Source: Lepidodermella squamata (taxonomy: Eukaryota; Animalia; Gastrotricha). Taken from it: 64,000 bases of DNA. Below are positions 46,855-59,357 of this stretch, piece by piece; positions within the stretch are counted from its first letter, which is position 1; every line of letters begins with the position of its first letter. Below the pieces are notes generated by a model. That model worked only from the letters and a program-made list of their open reading frames with translations, was not told the origin of the DNA and did no database searches. The translations under genes were made by a program, and so were the position numbers. The stretch spans positions 434,001 through 498,000 of the forward strand of contig JBLDXI010000030.1 of assembly GCA_047495785.1 (NCBI GenBank), written 5' to 3'.

Positions 46855-48010
46855 AGTTAACCACCCTTTACATTACAGCCGTATCGTACTGGGAGCAAGC
46901 TACGTAACGTCGTTACGTAGCTTGCTCCCGATGCTGTGCTCCCCCAGAGCCATTTTTGCGAACCAAACAGTGCCCTTCGGATTGACCAAAGGCTGTAGGT
47001 ACAAACAATCCTTCGGAGCATCTTCCGGAATGTGCGACAGATACTCAAACCAGGTCGTAATGAGGCATCGATCTCGATCAGCAATCGCATAGTAACGAAC
47101 CTTGTGAGCAGTAACATTAGGCTGTTTAATGTTACAGGTAGTCGTCTTGCTAGGTGGGACAGTCAGCTCCCAATACCGCCCGACCTCGTCATCACCCACC
47201 TCGATAAACCACTGCCGTAGTTCGCGATGTTCACACACAGCACGTAGCGCTCCGTAAAGACCGATTTGGAAAAGAAGGGTGCGGACCAGAACAAACGGAG
47301 AATGGTGACCCAGAGCCCCGATGTCCCACAAGTAAGCCTCCATATCACGAGAAATCACCTCAGCCTTCTGACCAGGTCGCAAAACACCGGCAACATGGCG
47401 CTCACGCAAAACTTCATCCAAAGTACGACGAACCTGAGAAAAACGTGGATCACGACGGAAATCAAAATCTCGGTCATTTTCTCGAAGATGACGCTGAAGG
47501 CCTTCGACAAGTTCGAGAACTGTTATACCAGGATAAGCCGTACCATCTTCCTTCAACACCTCGAATACGAATCTGGAAATTTGGTTGTCCAGCATTTCAT
47601 CAGACATCGTTTCGACAGAAAAGACGGCAAAAATTTCATCGAATAATTGCGCTTTTTCAGCAGCAGAATTGTGTTCATCGCGCCAATGTTGAAATCGATT
47701 TGCCACCTTTCGCTTCAATTCACCGCCAGTCACGAAATTCGCACGCGAAACACCAGCAGAAGAACTTGCTTTTTCAGGAAGCACCTTCAAATTTCGAATA
47801 CCTACTAAATTACCATTACTTAAAAAAACGCAAACAAAAGGACAAAAATAACCTGACAAATCCATGAAAATTTGATGCGCGCACAAGAACCAAAAATGCA
47901 GCAATAAACAAATTCAAAAGCTCTCTTAGGACGACCATTGTGCGCATTTATTACGCAACATCAACACAACAACAGCGTTATATCACACAACTGAGTGTTA
48001 TTCTAAGTTA
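46855..48010 (-). mobile_element. Crypton-type element, internally truncated
   Basis: Contains a DUF3504-type recombinase ORF and is bounded by a candidate 5-bp direct repeat AGTTA (46855-59, 48006-10). No TIR. Confidence 0.6.
46900..47865 (-). CDS. Crypton (DUF3504/KIAA1958/ZMYM-like) tyrosine recombinase lacking the C-terminal catalytic part
   Basis: F..W, RFVFEVLKEDGTAYPGITV..GLQRHL, LW..GALG..SP..L, LRAVCEHREL, SKT, RC....EYLS, LYLQP, WF...LGEHSI. Stops before the HxxR/H/Y motifs. Confidence 0.85.
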   Translation of the reverse strand: MDLSGYFCPFVCVFLSNGNLVGIRNLKVLPEKASSSAGVSRANFVTGGELKRKVANRFQHWRDEHNSAAEKAQLFDEIFAVFSVETMSDEMLDNQISRFVFEVLKEDGTAYPGITVLELVEGLQRHLRENDRDFDFRRDPRFSQVRRTLDEVLRERHVAGVLRPGQKAEVISRDMEAYLWDIGALGHHSPFVLVRTLLFQIGLYGALRAVCEHRELRQWFIEVGDDEVGRYWELTVPPSKTTTCNIKQPNVTAHKVRYYAIADRDRCLITTWFEYLSHIPEDAPKDCLYLQPLVNPKGTVWFAKMALGEHSIGSKLRNDVT

Positions 48011-49532
48011 GGCGAGTAACAAGAGTCCGTCCTACAACTACTACGCCCCCGAGCACTGCTGTCGCTTGCCAGGCGAGTTTGTGTGGCGCATTCAACGCCG
48101 CTATGAGGTAACCTTGGGAGGTAACGCCGTTCGCTAAGTAGTGTCGATGCGTGAGGTTATGGAAAGGTTGCTGTAAATATTGGTCTTGGCATGCATAGAG
48201 ATTACAGCAGGCTCGATTCAGGCCTAACCCGATAGTTTACAGGTAGAACTACCATCATTGTTCTCGTCAGTCTCAAAGGTTCCCCCCGGCGCTACTGCGG
48301 CAGCTTTGCTGCTGCTGTTGCCAATAAAATACAGATTATCTATCAAATAAATCTGAGCTCCATAGGTTCAAATAATTAGCAATTTTTGAAATGATGCCCC
48401 GAAGATCTTTTATCTAGAATTATTTTTAAAGCAAAACCAACGTGAAAGCAAGTACGGAAGTGTAATGCTTCCAAACTCGATGCATGATTATATTAATAGG
48501 AAATAGGGAATAGGTTTGGGCAACATGAAAATAATAACTCTTTATTATTTCCTCGTTTTTAAGACGCCTGTTGTTTACGTCTTGAAAAGTGTCAGAACAT
48601 AATGATTTTCATTTTTCAAAATCGCGTGGATGTTTTCGTGTGCTCATTGATTTAACCTTGATCCGGAAAACAAAGCAAGCCTAGTCAACCGTGGCGATTT
48701 GACCAATTTGGAATTTTTTTATTCAAAATCCACTCAGATATCATGCAAATTTGCGGAAAAGTGATGTATCGCAAAACTGAAAAATGTATGTTTTGCCTAA
48801 AACCTGGTGACTTTGCCTGCCGTTAGCTGCTGCATGAATAAAGCGAAAAAATGTCGGCGATAAAAGTGGCTTGGAATTGAGCTGATCCTCTCTATCCATC
48901 TTCAAAAAAGTTTCTAAAGTATAAAAAGAATTAATGCTATGAAGCCGAATAACGACGATTATAGCAGAATATATCGAGAGATAAATATTTATTAAAAATG
49001 TGGACTGCCTAATTCAGTAATAATTAGGTTGCCTTGCGACACAGTGAGTATACATTATATTTTAATATTATTTGTGTTTTTTGTGGTTGAAATAGATATG
49101 GACTGAATCTTTAAGAATCGATTTTGTAATGTCAGAAAGTAGCTGTTTTGGTAATTGCAATTCCTTAAAAAGTTTCAATGTTTGTTTAGTTATAGTACCA
49201 CGGCTACCCAGGTAGAGTCCTTGCACGGTAACTTCGTCCAGCTTCCATTGTTCACAGATGTCGTTTGCACAGGGTTCTTAAATCTATTTTTACTAGCTAT
49301 CTATTTTTATTTTTATCTATCTATTTTTATGTTTATTTATCTGTGATGCTATTTTTGCACATCAAAGTTCGCTCGTAAATGCTGGTCTTCGAGGAGCACT
49401 TTCTTATTTTTCTTCGAGTCTCATTGTTTTTGAATGAGATTCCCGCGTGCATTTCGATTCAGGCGAAACGTGCTTGGAAGTTATAATCAGAAAGATATAG
49501 CATAAACAAGGTTGTCCTGTATTTGTAGTGAA

Positions 49533-50597
49533 ATGACTCCACTCATTACCGCTTTAGTCGTCTTGTCAGTCCTGGTCGGGATTGGCGAAATGAGCGGAGT
49601 GATTCCACTCATTCCCGGTCCCCCTTTGGTCGCCTTGCCGATCCTGATCGGGCTTGGTGAGTGAAGAAATTAGATGGTACCAGCCACTAAAACCTCTCTT
49701 TCCATCCCCCTAGAGCGCATCTATGTTCCGAGGCAGGAGGATTTGTTAACAAACACGATGGGCCAGAAGTTAGCCAATCAGCCAATACTTCAATTACACA
49801 TTTTATCTTGAATATTTCTCCATTTCAGCCGCGACAATTGCTGGAAGCAAAGCTACGGACGCGGCGTAGGCCGACCGATCCACACGTGTCCTGATCATCT
49901 TGAACAAAACGGACTGTTATGCTACACGAAGTGTGAGAAAGACTACCGAGGAGTCGGCCCAGTGGTAAGTAAAATCATCAGAAATTGTTCGAAATCCCTT
50001 AAAATCTTAAAATTTTAGTGCTGGAAGGACTGCCCGTCCGGATACACCGATATGGGCCTTCTTTGCGTAAGCCCCGGATTCAGTATGATTGGGAAGAGCA
50101 GCTATGGCCGCGGAGCTGGGTGGCCGTTAGGCTGCAAAAAGGACGAAGACTACGACGCAGGTCTTTGCTACTCGAAGAAATGTGGCGGAAATCACTACGG
50201 CGTAGGGCCGATTTGCTGGGCAAAGTGCCCAGCGACTCACCCTGTTGACTACGGCGCAATATGCTGCGTTACTAAAGAGTCGTGTAAATGGATGCTAAGC
50301 TCGGGGCTGACTTCATCTTTTGAGGTTGTTTTCGACTTTTTCCGCCAGAGAAACGTATCTATTCACATTTGCGGGACGAATTATGTGCTCGATCCTAACG
50401 TCACTATAGCCCCACCTCAAGCTGATTTGAGTTCCGAGAGCACAAAGGGAATGAGTAGTACGCCGATCAACGTTATTTTATCCACTGCTGGCACGACGGA
50501 GCCAACGCCGTTCTATAAAATTGACGAGGATATTACTAGCCGCACTCCAGAAGCGGCTTATGGCTTCGTAAGTACCACCCCTCATGGTTATAGCTAA
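49533..50597 (+). CDS. Cys-rich RGVG/LCY/GVGPVCW family protein with Ser/Thr-rich tail
   Basis: CWKQSYGRGVGRPIHTC..LLCYTKCEKDYRGVGPV|CWKDCPSGYTDMGLLC..SYGRGAG..AGLCY..GVGPICW. The leader exon is tandemly duplicated and its splicing is uncertain. Confidence 0.75.
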
Positions 50598-50885
50598 GAA
50601 AGCATGGTGACTCGATGCTGATATTTGAAAAATCAATAAATCACTCGAGGACTCCTTTTTTGTCGATTTTGAGAGAATTATTGAAGATTGATGGCAAATT
50701 CCCATCATATTTTCTTTTTTGAAGGTTCTACGCATGAAGGATCCCATGGCAATCCGGAAGTTTTCGTGATGGGAATGAGCATCATGTAGTAGCAGCTGTT
50801 GTGAAACACGCCAGACTGTCTGATATACAATTCCCAGATTTTTCCATTTAACATTTAAATTCAATTTTTTACATGAATGCACCAA

Positions 50886-51956
50886 ATGCGTCCAAGACTT
50901 GTACTTCTCCTACTACTCGTACTCGTCAATACCGGTAAGACCGCTTAACAAGCAAGATTTAGCTTTTTTGCTGCAGTTTTCTTAGCAGTTGAATGTGCGA
51001 AGAAAAAAGAGGTCCGTCCTACTGTTAATGGTTCGGTGGTGGCACGCAAGCTCAACGACGATTCGGAAGAGTCAGAGACTACTCCATCTGAAGATGGGGA
51101 GACTACTGAGCCTGATGAACCTGAAGAAACTGCAACTATCAAAACCAAAGCTATCACTAGAAGAAGAAAATCGAAGACTACAACGCCGAAAGCCAGAAAA
51201 ACAACCGAGACAAGGTGAATAGAATTCATTATACATCTCCCAATTTCTTTAACTCTCCATAGCAAAAACATGTGCTGGAAGAAGACTTTCACTCGAGGTG
51301 TCGGGGTTCCAGCGCATTCTTGCCCTGAGCACCTCGAAAAGAACCTCGCCTTATGCTACGAGAAATGCAGAGATGGTTATCGAGGTGTCGGGCCTGTTGT
51401 AAGCTTTCCTATCCAAATGCTATCGAATTTTTTGAAATGTTCTTGAATTTAGTGCTGGGAGGACTGTAGACCTGGGTATCAAGACGTTGGGATGCTTTGT
51501 ACCCGGAATGTGAAGATAATTCAGTCCAACACATCAGCCTGCCCGTGGTACGACGCCTGTGGTTTAACCTTCAAGAAAGGTTGCTCCCATTGCCCTGAGC
51601 ACGACCCACCCTATCAAAATGACGGCTGCTTCTGCCGGGTCGATGTCCACATCTACGCGAAGGGGAGTTACGGCCGTGGTTTCGGCTCCCCATTGAAGTG
51701 CAGCGCTAATGAAGAATTCGATGGCGGCCTTTGCTACACGCCGAAATGTGGGAAGGGTTACACGAGCCGCGGCCCGATTTGCTGGGCACATTGCCCGGAA
51801 ACTCACCCAATCGACAAAGGGGCGGTATGCTGCAAAACTAAAGGTGACTGCAAGTCATTAATCAAAGATGCAACGGTTAATGCTGTTGAAATCGTAATGT
51901 CCTTAGTTCAGAACAATGGAGTTGAAGAATTTACTTGCGACAAAGTTGAAGAATAA
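50886..51956 (+). CDS. Cys-rich RGVG/LCY/GVGPVCW family protein with Thr/Glu-rich spacer
   Basis: MRPRLVLLLLLVLVNT leader; four exons; CWKKTFTRGVGVPAHSC..LALCYEKCRDGYRGVGPV|CW. Closely similar to the gene at 11971. Confidence 0.85.
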
Positions 51957-51967
51957 ACTCTTTATTG

Positions 51968-52780
51968 CTATCCACAACTTAGTATTTCTAAAATCCTTGG
52001 CCGGATTGATCGGCGTAAGAATCTACGTGATCTGGCCAATCTTCGAGCTTGGTCAGCGTATAGGAAGCACCTAGCCGCATCAGAACAGCACAATTTGCCC
52101 TGTTGATGCGGGTGGGAAGGCGGACATTTCTGCCAGCACTCGTTATCGACCTTATCGAAATCATTCCCGCACGGCTTGCCGCATTCGCCGCCCACCCAGT
52201 TGTTTTTGAAATCGCATCGCTTAATCCTACCAACCCCACGGGTGTACGTGTGTTTCGCATAGACGTGAACGTCGATTCTGCACGTGCAACCGTCGTTTGT
52301 GTAGTCTTTACTTGGGCAGAATGAACAGCCCCGGGCAAATGTCAATCCACAAACATCCCAACTAGGGCAGTCGCTATTATCTGACGGTATGATTTTTACA
52401 TCTCGACCGCACAACGCCCCGGTGTCGCCGTAACCTGGGCGGCATTTCGCCCAGCACTAGTAAGATATGCTTCGGAATAAAGGGCAACAGATGGCTTTTA
52501 AAAAACTCACGACAAACGATACGCCGTAGTAGCCTTCTTTGCATTTTGGATAGCATAGTCCAACGTCTTCTTCCTCGCCTTCGAGACAGGTTATATGCCG
52601 TATAGCTTCGCCAACAGGTCGAATCACTTTTCGGCATACATCCCCCCTAAAATGGAAACGCAGTTGTATTTTGAGGACGAAAGCTCATTTGGCTCACTGG
52701 ATCTCCTTCGATCGCCTCAGCCGGGAGCTATTTATCGCGGAAAGTCTCGCCAGAAAAATGATGATGAAATATGCGTTCAT
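51968..52780 (-). CDS. Divergent member of the same Cys-rich family
   Basis: CLEGEEEDVGLCYPKCKEGYYGVSFV|CWAKCRPGYGDTGALC..NDGCTCRIDVHVYAKHTYTRGVG. The exon 1-2 join is off by one base at a G run (~52645), so the 5' model is uncertain. Confidence 0.7.
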
Positions 52781-53642
52781 ATTTCAACTGAGTTTTGTTT
52801 ATTCGAAAAAAGCAGTGGATTTGTCGGGATGAAAACGTGACTGGACTGAATTCATGGTGTTTTAGAATAATTTATTGAGGAAAGCTGCGGACAATAGTGG
52901 AAATACATCAAAATTGAAACCCTAGTTCAACAACGGCCTTGCAAAACCTATGTTTCTTCGACAGTTGAGACTGTCCGGCTGAAGCGATTCAGGATTTATT
53001 CAAAAATAGGTCATCGGGACATCAGAGTGACTTCTGATCACTTACTTTTTGTCTCCAGAACTATGAAACACAAATATTGCGATGCGATGCAGCGAAATAA
53101 ACGTAATGTACCTAATGTGTGATGAATTAGCATTAGCTGAGAGGTCCCCAACCTGTGGTCCGCTATCTCGTCTGCGAAATAATGAGCTGAATTGTATGTA
53201 TTCCGACGTTAGAATGAAAGAAAAGCACGTTTAGCTTGTGGTTGGGTGGAACTATTCCTAGATCGTGAAGCAGCGGTACAAACACGACATTTTGTTTACC
53301 TTATTCACGTTTCATAGCACCCATCACCACCACATATAATTGACGATTCCACGAGAAAACTAATAACTAATAATTACCAAATTAATATCAAATTAAATTA
53401 AATTCGATTATTTCGGCAATTTTTTTTGTAGAATGATTTCCACTACTAAAAGCATAAATGCTCACACCATTGGAGCCACGTGTTCCTAGACCAGCAAGAT
53501 TTATTTCGAACTTATTCCATGAACTCATAGGAGTGACTACAAGATCGTATCGGTGTATAAAACAATGCGAAATTCAACAAATTCACGGAAAGCCTAATAT
53601 AATAGCAACAAAATTGATACGAGTGTAGATATAAATAGATAA

Positions 53643-56107
53643 TTATATAGCTTCAAATGTGCTCTTTGCACCAGATCTGGAGATCAGACCAGTTCTCAGT
53701 GGTGTGATGCCGATTGGATGAGACAAATTTCCACCGGGTGATTCTTGTTGTAGTTTGGATTTCACGAGAATCATGGACATCATTGTTTCCATTGAGACTG
53801 CGACAGATGCAACTGCCGCTATCGGCATTGCCGAATCTTCCCCTAAAATGAAGAACATGAACACAGATCCGCCAATGATGGTCAACTGCAAGTAGACGGC
53901 AATTCCTAGCGATTTCGCTTCCATTCGATTATTGATATCAGCGGAGCGATTTGTTGACAACGAGTAGGATGCAAATCCATTTCTAAGAAGCAGTATGATT
54001 TGTGGAATCAGAATAAGCGCTCGAACTGCCGTTAATCCTGAACTTTCACCATCGAATTGACAGGCGAAAGCGAATGGTTCGAAAATGACAGTCTCGTCGA
54101 TATCGCCAGGGAAAGGCTGCAAATCTTTGCGAATCGTTACGAACCGCCAATTCAAAATCAAGAGCAGCAAAAGGGCGAAATTAATCAAAAACCACGCGCT
54201 TGAAATCAGCAGGATTATGATGGATCTAGATGGACGGCGATTCAACATAGAGATTTTGAATGTTAACCCATGATTGAGCACTGTATAACCGACTATCGTC
54301 AGTACTGAGAATGCGTCGCAATGATTGGCAATCGTCTGATCACCTGATGCATTGAGCGGCAGAGCTAGGGAAACAGCGTTTAAGAGAGAGCAGCCGACTA
54401 TGACAATGATTGACGGGAAATCTCTCAAATTCGAAAGTTTCGAATTTCTCTTTAAATTTGTAATGAAAAGAAGAACTAAGAGAACAGCAAGTAAGCACAT
54501 TGTTGCCATGCTGATTCCAAATAGAATCCGTGAAAACGCCGCAGGAAAGAGTGGGACTTCAATATCTTGAAAAAGAGGGCCATCTAACGGGGGCTTTCCA
54601 TCAATAGTTAGCCACTTGAGCTTGGCTGAAATAACTTCTAAAGGTTTTGCATTTCCGCTACTGTAGGTCGCGAATTGTCGTTGTCTGGTTTGAATCGGCG
54701 TCAGAAATTCAGCTTGAGCAAAGGCCCAGATTGAATATCCCTTCGAATTGAGAGCTGTCTCTCTTTCAAACTTGTAGATCCCATTGAGGCCTGAAAATTT
54801 GTGCGTTGAATACATTGCGTCGACCAACGCCGATTCTGAAACGTTTTCCAGCGAGTTTGATTGTGCTATCTTATCAGCTGTTTTCAGAACCTCGCCACCA
54901 AACAGTGTTATTTCATAGGCGTGGAACCTATCCGACAAGAACATTGCCGGTATGCCACCTGCTATTCTTGAGTTAAGCTCTTTCGTAAACTGCTGTTCGT
55001 TGAGACCAGTGACATCAGTCATGTTTTGATCAAATTCGAACCTGCCACCCAGGTAGATGAGACTCCTGACTATTTCAGCTATCATGGCTTTGTTACACCA
55101 GGATTCCATGAAACTTGGTATAACCCCACCCATTCCAATGCCACCGTAGCTCTCCATGATGAAAACATAAGCTGGGCCATGGAAGCCATATTTGTACAAC
55201 AAACATGCTATATCCATGGTGAAGATGTTGAGAATGATGATTCGAGGCTTGTTGCGAGCCATATCAGCAAACTGAGCCTCAGTCTCTGCCATTGTAGCCT
55301 CTCGCCAGATTTTGCCGTACCAAACCAGAGTGATGTTGTTCCGTTCAAGCTCCTCAATCAATTCAGGGTCGATAAGGTTATAGTATGCTTTGAACTCTGA
55401 CAGAATCGCGACCCTTGAATAAAACCAAATCATACGATAATGATTAGTGACAGCAGCTGCACTTACCTTGTCCAATTGAAGAACCTCAATAGGGGAGCTA
55501 TCGCAAAATGTTTCCTTGCCGAGACTTCTTGAAGGCCGAACAATGAGCCGTATCTCGTCCGATCACGATTTACCGCTGATGATTTGAACAAGCTTTGAAT
55601 CGTGAACATTCCAAAGTGCTTCATCGCTTCGCCCATCAGTTGCTCGAGAGCATTACCGGCGATTCCCACACTCAGAATCATCGGTAACAAGTCGCGTTTG
55701 ATTTCGTTCACTTGAAGCCTTCGGATCAATGAATCGATTGCAATATAGTCTGTGCCCATGTCATTCAGCAGTTCGATCGCCACTTCGTAGTTGGGCAGCC
55801 AGCCCTTGTCCAGTTTCAGCCTATCCAAGGCAAGTTGAATTCCCTTAGTCAGCATGGGTCCTTCTGGGAAAATTGGATGCCAGTAATTGATGAGAGCTAA
55901 CAGCTTGATAACTGGTTTTTGGGTTCTGTTCGAAAGTAAAGACGAGTTTGAAGATATCACAAAACATGGCATGGGATCTTGCAGAGCAGCAATTGGCTGC
56001 AACGCACTGTTCGACGATCTGATACTGTCGAAGTCTGATTGGCTGATGGAGGCGATGCCAAGAATCGAAGCGCAGCAAACCCATAGGGACAAGACGATAT
56101 CAAGCAT
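53643..56107 (-). CDS. Class C GPCR, GABA-B-receptor-like (Venus flytrap + 7TM), 2 exons
   Basis: Signal peptide; IQLALD..WLPNYEV, R.RY..LF, FNWTR|VAI; P.DGP linker without a Cys-rich domain; seven hydrophobic helices; EAKSLGIAVY at TM6. Confidence 0.85.
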
Positions 56108-56571
56108 GTTTTGACTTTGCAGAGAATCTGATAGAATTCGAGCCTGCCTAGAAACTCTCTTTGCTCAAGGTTATATGTCGCTGCAGTTTCCAACCCTTGA
56201 GTCAATCATTAGACGTGATCCGCATCTGAAGCATGGTTGATTAGCCATGAAAGCAGCCTAATGCCTAATCTACCTTTTTACGGTCAGGTTTTGTCTTTGG
56301 GAGAGTTACTTGTATTGGATGGAATGACACGACCGTTTGCTGCATAGTTAATTATTAGACCCACGGCAACACGTAATTCATTCAACCTTCAATTGTTTCG
56401 GCTAAACAAAATGGAAAAATTAGGTCAGCGAGAATTCGAATGCCGAAAGGTTCAGACATTGCGCTAAATGAGAGCAGTGTTTTTATTGAGAAACGAAGAC
56501 CTCATTAATTATTTTATTCCGTATTTTTTTTGACTGCTTAATTTTTTGAGTAATTGTATAATTAATCATGT

Positions 56572-59099
56572 CTACTTTTCAGCCATTGAGCCGCGAGGCG
56601 CAGACAAGCTTACCGTTGACTGGCGGCGATTATGATCAGCCGGTGCCACGGGTATGTAGGCCGACGATTTTCTTGGGCCTGACCCGGCGATGGACAAATT
56701 GGACGGCGGTGTGACCTGGCCCAGTTTCACTACAACCAAAGGTACGCAAGCTGCTGGGGTAATGGCAAGGACCGAAGCGGCAACAATGGCCATCGATAGA
56801 TCCCTTCCGAGAATCACAACTATCAAAATTGTGCCAACAATGATGAGCAACTGAAGGTAAATCCCGGTTCCTAAAGCTTTCAATTCTCTCTTGTTCATCC
56901 AATTCTGGCTTGACTTCTTCGTCTCAGAGTATGTGGCGAATCCAATGCGTAACATGGCGAGTAAATTACGTGCCAACAAGATTCCTATTACTATTAAATA
57001 TCCAATCTCATCCCCAGAGAACTTGCATTTATAGACGTATGGCTCGTAGATTAGAACTTCATCGACGTCACCAGGATAAGGAGCTAGAAAGTCTTTCACC
57101 AGCTCAAATTTCCATCTTATCAGGAGAATCGTTAAAAGTACGAATTCGCAGATCGGCAAAATCACGCAGAATATTATCGTTATTCGTGATCTGATAGATT
57201 TCCCTTTCAGCATCAAGTATTTTAGGCAAGAGCCGCAATTCAATAGGATGTAACCCGAGGTCGAAATCACAGCGAAAGTCGTGCATCTTTCAGCTATTTT
57301 CATGCTGTCGGGGGCGAAATCTCGAGGTAACGTGAACGGAACTGCACTTAGCAGTATTCCGCCTGTGAGGATCAAGTAGTTTCCGGCCTCGAAATCACTT
57401 AGTCTAGCGAAACTTGTTGGCAGCGTGTCAGACGACCTTTGGCTCAACTTCATCGCGGAAATGACAGCTAAAACAGCTACGATAGTCAAAACCTCAATAA
57501 TGCCGATTGATGTTAGGATCCAAGGAATGTGAGGCTGAAACAGCAGAACTTCGACTTGCTTCAGCAAAGGCCTATCCAGTGGAGGTAAACCATTTTGAGT
57601 ATACCATTTCAATCTACTTGGATCAACCACTAGAGGAAAGGTTTCTCCGCTGCTGTAGGTCGCAAATTGTCGCTGTCGCGTTTGCGTTGGAGTGAGAAAT
57701 TCAGCTTGAGCGAATGCCCATATTGAATATCCCTTCGAATTGAGAGCTGTCTCTCTTTCAAACTTGTAGATCCCATTGAGACCTGAAAATTTGGGCGTTG
57801 AATACATTGCATCAATAAGACGTGATGATGAGAAGTTATCAAGAGATCCAGATTGTCCAATCATTTTATCAGCTGTTTGCAAGACTTTACCGCCGAACAA
57901 AGTCATTTCATAGGCGTGAAATCTATCCGACATGAACATGCCTGGTATGCCACCGACTATTCTTGAACTAAGTTCTTTTGTGAACTGCTGCTCGTTGAGG
58001 CCCGTGACATCAGTCATGTTTTGATCGAATTCGAACCTGCCGCCCAAGTAAATGAGACTTCTTACTATCTCAGCTATCATGGCCTTGTTACACCAGGATT
58101 GCATTGAATCAGGAATATTCGCGCTCATTCCTATGCCGCCGTAGCTCTCCATAATGAAAGCGTAAGCTGGACCATGGAAGCCGTATTTGTACAACAAGCA
58201 AGCGATATCCATAGTAAAGATGTTTAGAATGATGATGCGAGGCTTTTTACGCGCCATATCAGCAAACTGAGCCTCGGTTTCAGCCATTGGTGCTTCCCGC
58301 CAAATTTTTCCATACCAAACCAGGGTAATATTGTTTCTCTCGAGCTCCTCGATGAGCTCAGGGTCGATCAGGTTGTAATACGATTTGAATTCGGACAGAA
58401 TAGCAACCCTTAATGACAATGGAAAAATTAGCAAATATCAGTTGCTAACTTGAGATTTGAAACATACCTTGTCCAATTGAAGAACCTCATGAGAGGAGCT
58501 ATCGCGAAATGTTTCCTTGCAGAGACTTCTTGAAGGCCGAACAATGAGCCGTATCTTTTTCGATCGCGATTGACTGCCGATGACTTGTAGAGACTTTGGA
58601 TAGTGAACATTCCAAAGTGTTTCATAGCTTCTCCCATAAACAACTCGAAGGCATTTCCAACGATACCAACACTCAAAACCATTGGTAACAAACTTGGGCT
58701 AGCTTCATTTTCTTGAAGTCTTTTGACCAAAGCAGTAATTGCAAGCGTCTCAGTGCCCATATCATTGAACAGCTCTATCACGATCTCGTAGTTCGGAAGA
58801 AATCCAGGGTCTTGCTTCAGCCTATCGAGGGCTAGTTCGATACCCTTACTTAACATAGCTCCCTCCGCGAAAACGGGATGCCAATAATTGACAAGCGCCA
58901 AAATGTTCAATACACGTTTTTGAGAGCTATTCGACATGATCGTGGAATTTGATGAAATGGCATAGCACGGCATGGGTCCACGTAGCTCAGCGACTGGCTG
59001 CAGAGCCGTATTCGATGCCCGTATACTATTCAAATCAGTCGGGCAAGAACTTGTCGAGGCGAACAAAAGCAACAAGGTCAAAAAATTGGCGCAAATCAT
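56572..59099 (-). CDS. Class C GPCR, GABA-B-receptor-like, tandem paralog
   Basis: Same single intron after FNWTR; VFT, PPLDRP, 7TM with ELKALGTGIY. Confidence 0.85.
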
Positions 59100-59357
59100 T
59101 CTATAATTGTCTGAAGTTTCAACTTTTGAAATGCTCAAAGCTTTCAACCACCCTTCCCCACTCGAATTCAGCGAGGCTCTCAAGTTTCAAAATCCGACAC
59201 GAATAACACGAAACTCTGTATCCGCAACGATTGTATATGCTTATTTTAGAACAATGCATCGTGACTAGTGCAAAACTCTCATAGAGCCAGCGGTAAACAA
59301 AAGGCACCGTAATTGTTAGCTTCTCTCATCTCTATGTCACAATAACGTTTTTTCATA

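Larger units (their letters stand above)
37331..48319 (+). mobile_element. Helentron/HINE-like non-autonomous element (outer shell, ~1 kb once nested elements are removed)
   Basis: 13-bp subterminal IR GCCGGGGGGAACC (37337) / GGTTCCCCCCGGC (48278-48290); 5' hairpin GGGGG-AA-CCCCC; (TTTG)n microsatellite; duplicated 30-bp core (37401-37430, 46777-46806); 3' stem-loop GCGGCAGC-TTT-GCTGCTGC followed by TGTT; no TSD. Confidence 0.65.

Noticed and set aside
37337-48290. Outer 13-bp inverted repeat as a classical cut-and-paste TIR
   Set aside because: No TSD flanks it, and the hairpins, microsatellite and duplicated core fit a HINE better.
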